Positions 14,072-20,000 of a stretch of 20,000 nucleotides of DNA are shown here, piece after piece. A program made the position numbers and the translations under genes. Positions within the stretch are counted from its first letter, which is position 1. The number at the start of each line of letters is the position of its first letter. Origin of the DNA: an uncultured virus (IMG/VR IMGVR_UViG_2061766007_000545) (lineage: Duplodnaviria; Heunggongvirae; Uroviricota; Caudoviricetes); IMG/VR virus record IMGVR_UViG_2061766007_000545; one strand, 5' to 3'. The notes beneath the pieces are model-generated. The model saw nothing but the letters and a program-made list of their open reading frames with translations, was not told the origin of the DNA and ran no database searches.

Positions 14072-14239
14072 ATGAAACATAATTTGTGGTATCGAATAGT
14101 TAGATGGTTAATAAGACACTCCACCGCCGCAATGACTTATGTAATTGAGATGCGAAACGAGGTTGCAGATGGGTATGAGTATAAACTGCAACAATACGAG
14201 GACAGATTGGCAAAGTATGAAATGAAGGGAGTGAAGTAG
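14072..14239 (+). CDS. small hypothetical protein (55 aa)
   Basis: RBS AGGAG; MKHNLWYRIVRWLIRH...MKGVK fills the gap between neighbours. Confidence 0.7.
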   Translation: MKHNLWYRIVRWLIRHSTAAMTYVIEMRNEVADGYEYKLQQYEDRLAKYEMKGVK

Positions 14240-14240
14240 A

Positions 14241-14483
14241 ATGATTAGATTGGAATGTGATAGATGCAAAAAAGATGCAGATAAATGTGCTTACGACATT
14301 ACCATTCAAGTAATTCATAACCCAACACCAAGCACTTATAACGATGTTGGCAGAGTTGAAATAACACACGATAGAACAGTTAAGCGATTTCTTTTATGTA
14401 GTGAATGTTTGCGTAAACTTGGACTTCCAAATCCGTATGCAGATGGAATTACTTTTCGTGATGAAGGGAATGAAACGGAATGA
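14241..14483 (+). CDS. zinc-finger-like hypothetical protein
   Basis: CDRC..CSEC. Confidence 0.8.
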   Translation: MIRLECDRCKKDADKCAYDITIQVIHNPTPSTYNDVGRVEITHDRTVKRFLLCSECLRKLGLPNPYADGITFRDEGNETE

Positions 14484-14755
14484 GTTTAGGTGAAGAGATT
14501 TCTTTAGAATATGAAATAGCATATGAATTATATTTATTAAAAATACGTTCAATAGTAGAGTCAAATGCAAGAAAAGGTATTTGGACTACTAAAGATGGTA
14601 AGAAGATTCATGTATCTGATATGACAACTAGTCATATAAAGAACACAATAAAAATGTTAGAAAGAAACGATGAGGAAGACTTATTCCTACCTTGGATTAA
14701 AAGATTTGAAGAAGAATTAAACAAAAGAGGAGAAGAAAATGCTGATAACTCTTGA
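14480..14755 (+). CDS. phage hypothetical protein
   Basis: WTTKDGKKIHVSDMTTSHIKNTIKML motif; ATGA overlap. Confidence 0.82.
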   Translation: MSLGEEISLEYEIAYELYLLKIRSIVESNARKGIWTTKDGKKIHVSDMTTSHIKNTIKMLERNDEEDLFLPWIKRFEEELNKRGEENADNS

Positions 14756-15002
14756 TATCCCTAATCCGCCAAAGAATCAACAGATAATCGAAATCCCTTT
14801 GCACTTTTGTGGTGGCAAGGTGGTTGAAGCAGGTGGATTTGGGTTTGAAGAACGCAAAGTGACTGGAAGATGGATGCTGATAGGCGGTAGATGCCGTTGT
14901 ACTGAGTGTATGAAACCTGCGGGGAAGAAGAATGATGATTCTTCTTGGTTGTCGAAATTCTGTCCTAATTGTGGAGTAAAGATGGAAGGAGCGGAAGAAT
15001 AA
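14739..15002 (+). CDS. zinc-ribbon phage protein
   Basis: GRW..CTEC..FCPNCGVKM. Confidence 0.8.
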   Translation: MLITLDIPNPPKNQQIIEIPLHFCGGKVVEAGGFGFEERKVTGRWMLIGGRCRCTECMKPAGKKNDDSSWLSKFCPNCGVKMEGAEE

Positions 15003-15157
15003 TGTATAGAGGAAGTTATATAAGAGACTTTTATTTTATTCCAACAATTCTATACCATAATGGAGACGGAATATATGCGCAATTAGATTTTGCATGGCTG
15101 AAGTGGTATGTGGGTTTTTGCTGGGTTAAAGGCAGAAAGCGGAGAAAAGAGAAATGA
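15002..15157 (+). CDS. small hypothetical protein
   Basis: TAATG overlap, MYRGSYIRDFYFIP..WLKWYVG. Confidence 0.7.
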   Translation: MYRGSYIRDFYFIPTILYHNGDGIYAQLDFAWLKWYVGFCWVKGRKRRKEK

Positions 15158-15200
15158 AATATGTGATTGATATAGATGAAAATGTATTTANNNNNNNNNN

Positions 15201-15437
15201 GCGCCAGAATAATGCGACCTTTGACCTTATCCTTAGCCATACTTGTCCTTGGTCTTTTATTCCTCGTTTCTCCATTAATCAGGGGCCGCATCTTAGTATA
15301 GATATGGAGAGATTGTTTGAGCAGATTCTTCGTGAGATTGAGGAAAATGGAAAGTATGGTGGATGGGTATGGGCGCATCATCATACCAACGCTCTTTATG
15401 AGAAGCCAGATGGAGGGTACAATATGGTTCTTTATGA
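15201..15437 (+). repeat. gap-flanked diverged copy of 12330-12566 (metallophosphoesterase segment); likely misplaced strain-variant contig
   Basis: Near identical to the internal gene segment, bounded by 10-N gaps on both sides. Confidence 0.85.
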
Positions 15438-15448
15438 NNNNNNNNNNT

Positions 15449-15588
15449 TATACCATAATGGAGACGGAATATATGCGCAATTAGATTTTGCATGGTTAAA
15501 GTGGTATGTGGGTTTTTGCTGGGTTAAAGACAGAAAGTGGAGAAAAGAGAAATGAAATATGTGATTGATATAGATGAAAATGTATTTA
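15449..15588 (+). repeat. near-identical repeat of ~15051-15190 across scaffold gaps
   Basis: TATACCATAATGGAGACGG...GAAAATGTATTTA occurs twice with a few SNPs. Confidence 0.85.
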
Positions 15589-15914
15589 CGAGACTATTTG
15601 ATAATGGCACAGAAGATTATGAGATTTCGAATGATGATTTATCTACAATAACAAAAGCAATCCGAAATGGTAAACCGCTCCCGAAGGGACACGGGCGGTT
15701 GATTGATGCGGATGCGTTGAAGAAAAAAGCAGTAATGTGTCCGACAGTAGGCAACACAGAAACTCTTTTGCTTGACATTGGTGATGTCGAAAACGCACCG
15801 ACCATCATCAAAGCAGACAAGGTATGCACATACAAGGAAACAGGGTGCGGAAGTTGCAGATGGCAGATAGAGTGTCCGTATGATGAAGCAGACGAGGAAG
15901 GAACAGAGGAATGA
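15552..15914 (+). CDS. phage hypothetical protein (RLIDADAL family)
   Basis: NGKPLPKGHGRLIDADAL..NAPTII motif, C-terminal Cys cluster. Confidence 0.82.
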   Translation: MKYVIDIDENVFTRLFDNGTEDYEISNDDLSTITKAIRNGKPLPKGHGRLIDADALKKKAVMCPTVGNTETLLLDIGDVENAPTIIKADKVCTYKETGCGSCRWQIECPYDEADEEGTEE

Positions 15915-16405
15915 CTGATAGAGAAAAAGCTATAGTAATGGCGTATACTGGTACTGCATTACTTGCGGGAGATAAACTTAATATCTTTTATGAATATTTA
16001 AATGAGTTATATCATAGACCGGTGTATACCCACGAAATTCCATTTTTAGATATTAAAGAAAAAGCCAAGCAAGACTTTTTAGATTTATGTAAAAATGATG
16101 ACGACAAGTTTAAAGAGAGAGCAGAAATTGTAATTCGTCAATTGCGCGAAGATAATGAAAGATTGAATGAACTGATCGAAGATATAAAAGAAGAAATAAC
16201 TGACTCCTATGTTTATTTTCGTCAAGTAAACGGTGAGACGCCATATGTAAAAGCATTACGCTACTGTCTTGAAACAATGAAAAATTTTACGAAAAAAAGT
16301 ATTCAAAGAAGAGAGTGCGGTAATTGTTCGATGTTGGGGGTAATAGAAGACCCTATTGATTGTATTGATTGTCTTAAGTATATGAATGAGGGTAAGACGG
16401 AATGA
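15911..16405 (+). CDS. phage hypothetical protein
   Basis: MTDREKAIVMAYTG; ATGA overlap. Confidence 0.82.
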   Translation: MTDREKAIVMAYTGTALLAGDKLNIFYEYLNELYHRPVYTHEIPFLDIKEKAKQDFLDLCKNDDDKFKERAEIVIRQLREDNERLNELIEDIKEEITDSYVYFRQVNGETPYVKALRYCLETMKNFTKKSIQRRECGNCSMLGVIEDPIDCIDCLKYMNEGKTE

Positions 16406-16713
16406 ATTTCGAAATAGGCAAACAATATATTGTTAGTGTATCTGAAAATGGCATTGTTCCGATAGAGGAGTTTTCTAACGAAAGATACTTTGATATAGAA
16501 TATGATAGTATAGATTTTCTGACAGATGAAGAAAAGGTAGTTATTATCAATGATGTGCTTGACAAGATAAAGAACGAGTTTATTGACAGATACCCTCGTA
16601 ATTATGCAAATGGATTAGAGTTAGGTGGTAGAAGTTGTGTATTTTCATTGAATGATGTATTACGAATTATTGATAAGTACAAGGTAGAAAGAGAAGGAGA
16701 AACAGAGGAATGA
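16402..16713 (+). CDS. hypothetical protein
   Basis: ATGA-coupled ORF. Confidence 0.8.
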   Translation: MNFEIGKQYIVSVSENGIVPIEEFSNERYFDIEYDSIDFLTDEEKVVIINDVLDKIKNEFIDRYPRNYANGLELGGRSCVFSLNDVLRIIDKYKVEREGETEE

Positions 16714-16910
16714 AAGAGTTTGACATAAATACTATGAAACTTGTTTTGAAAGAAGTAAGTGATGCTTGCAAGAAAACCGATATGTGTAAAGATTGTCCGT
16801 TTGTCGTAATAATAAAAGGACCAGGTATAGAAGGGTTTGATTGCAGAATTAGTAGAGAACCATATATGTGGTTTTTTGAGGAAGGAGCAGAAGATGGGAA
16901 GATTGATTGA
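16710..16910 (+). CDS. small Cys-rich protein
   Basis: C..CKDCPF..C..P..W; ATGA overlap. Confidence 0.75.
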   Translation: MKEFDINTMKLVLKEVSDACKKTDMCKDCPFVVIIKGPGIEGFDCRISREPYMWFFEEGAEDGKID

Positions 16911-17196
16911 TGCAGATGAGTTGAAGGATGCACTTGATTATATCGATTATGGGCAACACCAATATGACTTGACGATGGAAGCAATTGATTCTGCTCCTAC
17001 CATCGAAGAACGCAAGGTCGGAGAGTGGTTTGACAATGCAAATGTGTATGATAGAAGAGCAAATAAGCATGATTATTTCTGCTTAGAGTGCAAGACACAC
17101 GCAATGGATTTTATCTGCGGTTCTGAAGATTGGTGGTGCGGTAAAGCTCCAAAGTATTGCCCTAATTGCGGAGCAAAGATGAAAGGAGTAGAGTAA
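16894..17196 (+). CDS. zinc-ribbon phage protein (RLIDAD family)
   Basis: RBS AAGGAG, MGRLIDADEL..CLEC..YCPNCGAKM. Confidence 0.82.
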   Translation: MGRLIDADELKDALDYIDYGQHQYDLTMEAIDSAPTIEERKVGEWFDNANVYDRRANKHDYFCLECKTHAMDFICGSEDWWCGKAPKYCPNCGAKMKGVE

Positions 17197-17369
17197 TGAG
17201 TAATGTAGAACATTATTTTGAGAATTTGCTTTTCAGCGGCAAGGATTGCAAGGGTGAACCGAACAAAAATTCGTTAAGTAAGGAAGTACAAGAAGCGGTA
17301 GAAGAATGCGCTCAATATATTATTTATTCAGGATTACTAAAGGAAAATTATAAGGAGAATATATTATGA
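17196..17369 (+). CDS. small hypothetical protein
   Basis: RBS AAGGAG, TAATG overlap, MSNVEHYFEN. Confidence 0.75.
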   Translation: MSNVEHYFENLLFSGKDCKGEPNKNSLSKEVQEAVEECAQYIIYSGLLKENYKENIL

Positions 17370-17581
17370 CCATTTACAGATGTGATAAGTGTCATGAAGA
17401 TTTTGAAAAGTATACAGACTTATTAAGGGTAGAATTTAATGCAGAATTTTATGACGATTCTAAGGGAATGCACTGTTATTGTAGAGATGAAATATACAGA
17501 ACTGGTACATTCGAAGTGTGTAGAAATTGTGCGGCAGTACTTAAAGCAACATTTCTTAAGTGTATGGAAGGAACAGATTGA
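17366..17581 (+). CDS. zinc-finger-like hypothetical protein
   Basis: CDKC..CRNC. Confidence 0.78.
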   Translation: MTIYRCDKCHEDFEKYTDLLRVEFNAEFYDDSKGMHCYCRDEIYRTGTFEVCRNCAAVLKATFLKCMEGTD

Positions 17582-17736
17582 TGAAACGGTCAACGAAAAA
17601 TAGAGCATTTCTTGATAGATTTATAAAGCGCTGGACTAAATCGTCAGACAATCACCCAAGCGGATGGTCTTGGTGGAAGCGCAAGAATCGTAGAGATACA
17701 AGAAGAAAATTAAAAGCGGAGGAAAACGAAGAATGA
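17581..17736 (+). CDS. small basic Trp-rich protein (copy 1)
   Basis: MKRSTKNRAFLDRFIKRWTKSSDNHPSGWSWWKRKNRRDTRRKLKAEENEE; homologous to 18434-18589. Confidence 0.75.
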   Translation: MKRSTKNRAFLDRFIKRWTKSSDNHPSGWSWWKRKNRRDTRRKLKAEENEE

Positions 17737-17807
17737 CTAATTTTGAATATATTGTGAATANNNNNNNNNNTTAAAGGAAAATTATAAAGAACGAGGAGAG
17801 GAGTAAG

Positions 17808-17966
17808 ATGTACTATATCATAATTGGTTTCATTGTAGAATTTGTTGTCTCATTCTGCTTAGGATATATGATAGGCAAGAGGAAGAATAAGAACAAGACT
17901 ACAATTCTTATCAAGAATGTCCCATCTCATCTTTTGCTAATGGAGGACGATTATGGAGTTGAGTAA
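17808..17966 (+). CDS. small membrane protein
   Basis: RBS AGGAG; MYYIIIGFIVEFVVSFCLGYMIGKRK. Confidence 0.7.
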   Translation: MYYIIIGFIVEFVVSFCLGYMIGKRKNKNKTTILIKNVPSHLLLMEDDYGVE

Positions 17967-18306
17967 CGAAGAAGCAATCGAAATCTTATATAGAGAACTT
18001 GGAACAGAGACAGAAGATAAATTATTTCCCGAAGTTATTGAAGCAAGAGATATGGCAATCAAAGCACTTGAAGATAGCAGATGGATTCCGGTCACAGAGA
18101 GATTGCCCGAAGACGAGGTTGATGTGCTAATTTATACTACAGATAAAAAGATAAACAAAGCATATCGCAGATATAAGCCGTGGACAGAAAACCAAATGGA
18201 ATGGATTGTTTTTGAAACTCTTGGTTTTGGTTATATCTATGATGATGATGAGGTTTTGGAGTGGATGCCTTTACCGAAACATTATGAGAGGAGTGAAGAA
18301 GAATGA
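17953..18306 (+). CDS. DUF551-like phage protein
   Basis: WIPVTERLPE..VL..WMPLP signature. Confidence 0.87.
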   Translation: MELSNEEAIEILYRELGTETEDKLFPEVIEARDMAIKALEDSRWIPVTERLPEDEVDVLIYTTDKKINKAYRRYKPWTENQMEWIVFETLGFGYIYDDDEVLEWMPLPKHYERSEEE

Positions 18307-18437
18307 CAGCAAGAAATTTTAGCGAATTGTGTTTTGTTATTGCAAGTATACTGACTACATTATGTGCATTTTGTGCTGGTTATTGGATTGGAAAGAATAA
18401 GAGAAATGATAAGAATGAAGGGAGTGAAGAGGAATGA
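18303..18437 (+). CDS. small membrane protein
   Basis: ATGA overlaps at both ends; hydrophobic helix then basic tail. Confidence 0.65.
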   Translation: MTARNFSELCFVIASILTTLCAFCAGYWIGKNKRNDKNEGSEEE

Positions 18438-18589
18438 AGGGCAACCCACAGAAGAAGGTCTTTCAAGATAATTTCATAAAGCATTGGGTTAAATCCTCTC
18501 ACAATCATCCTGAAGGCTGGCGATGGTGGAAGCGCAAGAATCGTAAAGACGCGAGAAGAAAACTAAAAGCGGAGGAAAACGAAGAATGA
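18434..18589 (+). CDS. small basic Trp-rich protein (copy 2)
   Basis: MKGNPQKKVFQDNFIKHWVKSSHNHPEGWRWWKRKNRKDARRKLKAEENEE. Confidence 0.75.
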   Translation: MKGNPQKKVFQDNFIKHWVKSSHNHPEGWRWWKRKNRKDARRKLKAEENEE

Positions 18590-18872
18590 CTAATTTTGAA
18601 TATATTGTGAATAATAATACAGAAGCAAGAGAATTAATATTGGATACTTTCTGTAAAGCCTTCAACGACTGTTTAGGATGTCCTTGTTATGATAATAAAG
18701 GTAATTGTAACATGGATAAAGAAACAGTAATTAATTGGTTTTTAGGTGAATATGATCCTTTTGGCTATATTCTAAATAAATTAAAGAAAGGATACCCTCA
18801 GGTTGAGCGGAAAATTCAAGAATTTAAAAAGGCTTTTATTGATTGCTCTTATTTTACCCATAACACAGAACC
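18586..18872 (+). CDS. Cys-containing hypothetical protein, truncated by gap
   Basis: MTNFEYIVNN..CLGCPC..INWF open into the N run. Confidence 0.72.
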
Positions 18873-19664
18873 NNNNNNNNNNNNNNNNNNNNNNNNNNNN
18901 NNNNNNNNNNNNNNNNNNNNNNNNNNNNNNNNNNNNNNNNNNNNNNNNNNNNNNNNNNNNNNNNNNNNNNNNNNNNNNNNNNNNNNNNNNNNNNNNNNNN
19001 NNNNNNNNNNNNNNNNNNNNNNNNNNNNNNNNNNNNNNNNNNNNNNNNNNNNNNNNNNNNNNNNNNNNNNNNNNNNNNNNNNNNNNNNNNNNNNNNNNNN
19101 NNNNNNNNNNNNNNNNNNNNNNNNNNNNNNNNNNNNNNNNNNNNNNNNNNNNNNNNNNNNNNNNNNNNNNNNNNNNNNNNNNNNNNNNNNNNNNNNNNNN
19201 NNNNNNNNNNNNNNNNNNNNNNNNNNNNNNNNNNNNNNNNNNNNNNNNNNNNNNNNNNNNNNNNNNNNNNNNNNNNNNNNNNNNNNNNNNNNNNNNNNNN
19301 NNNNNNNNNNNNNNNNNNNNNNNNNNNNNNNNNNNNNNNNNNNNNNNNNNNNNNNNNNNNNNNNNNNNNNNNNNNNNNNNNNNNNNNNNNNNNNNNNNNN
19401 NNNNNNNNNNNNNNNNNNNNNNNNNNNNNNNNNNNNNNNNNNNNNNNNNNNNNNNNNNNNNNNNNNNNNNNNNNNNNNNNNNNNNNNNNNNNNNNNNNNN
19501 NNNNNNNNNNNNNNNNNNNNNNNNNNNNNNNNNNNNNNNNNNNNNNNNNNNNNNNNNNNNNNNNNNNNNNNNNNNNNNNNNNNNNNNNNNNNNNNNNNNN
19601 NNNNNNNNNNNNNNNNNNNNNNNNNNNNNNNNNNNNNNNNNNNNNNNNNNNNNNNNNNNNNNNN
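18873..19664. other. assembly gap (N run)
   Basis: Continuous N bases. Confidence 0.99.
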
Positions 19665-19665
19665 G

Positions 19666-20000
19666 GTTGGACGCTGGCTTGCAAAGAGAGAGTGGGGACG
19701 AAAGTTAATTACTTTCTTCCTTTACTCGAAGAAAAAGCAGACCGGTACTGATTGGCCCGTAGGTAGATTCCCTGGTGTCAGCAAGACCGATCAGGAGAGA
19801 TGTGAGAATATGACTTGGGTTCTTAATGATAAGACTCCATTTATTCGTACTCAGAAGTGCGACGGTTCTTCGGGTACTTTTATCCTTGAGCGGAAGAAGC
19901 GCGGTAAGTACGAGTTTTATGTGTGCTCGCGCAATGTAAGAATGCTTAAGCCTGAGCAGACTTGCTTCTATGGGGATAAGAATTACTACTGGGATGCCGC
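19666..20000 (+). CDS. ATP-dependent RNA ligase (Rnl2/DRB0094-like), internal fragment
   Basis: Open frame ..FPGVSKTDQERCEN..TQKCDGSSGTF..FYVCSRN..: nucleotidyltransferase motif I KxDG, motif Ia SRN and the upstream KTDxER segment. Confidence 0.88.

Noticed and set aside
4864..14239. Stop-codon reassignment (TAG/TGA recoding)
   Set aside because: Long genes are intact in code 11, TAG and TGA end genes directly before the next RBS or terminator, and no suppressor tRNA (CTA/TCA anticodon) is present.
15201..15437. Diverged copy of 12330-12566 as a diversity-generating retroelement TR/VR pair
   Set aside because: Differences are mostly synonymous third-position transitions, including C/T changes, plus two V-to-I; they are not adenine-specific. 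The copy is flanked by N gaps and no reverse transcriptase is seen. Best explained as a strain-variant contig.
15051..15588. Direct repeats flanking an inserted segment, as in a mobile element with target duplication
   Set aside because: Junctions are 10-N scaffold gaps, so this is an assembly bubble; the 15154-15555 ORF is a chimera.
4393..17608. Minus-strand and alternative-frame ORFs within the coding region
   Set aside because: They are shadows of well-supported, RBS-led, tightly packed + strand genes.
18803..19708. Track ORFs of 301 and 276 aa
   Set aside because: They are artefacts of translating through the N gap.
1..20000. CRISPR array or transposon
   Set aside because: No regularly spaced repeats, transposase or integrase motifs were seen.

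Overview
The window comes from a large, AT-rich tailed-phage-like genome with all genes on the + strand. A low-GC Firmicutes host is inferred from sigma70/sigmaA-type promoters and strong AGGAG ribosome-binding sites. Bases ~200-4300 are an RNA island. It holds 16 tRNA genes (none with encoded CCA, several structurally atypical), one tRNA-like gene lacking an anticodon arm, and a ~595-nt ornate RNA closed by a perfect 16-bp stem (ROOL/GOLLD-like by size and context). At least five more unnamed structured RNAs sit between the tRNAs, along with three RBS-led mini-ORFs abutting tRNA genes. Downstream are a KTSC protein, a ClpP-like protease, a PhoH-like ATPase, a 691-aa orphan, a polynucleotide kinase-like AAA_33 protein and two metallophosphoesterases. 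A long run of small phage accessory ORFs follows. At the right edge, after an N gap, is an RNA ligase fragment missing from the ORF track. Kinase, phosphoesterase, ligase and tRNA array together suggest a tRNA supplementation and repair strategy. The 15-19.7 kb part has scaffold gaps with duplicated, diverged segments that look like collapsed strain variants. All RNA structures were paired by eye and family assignments are unverified.
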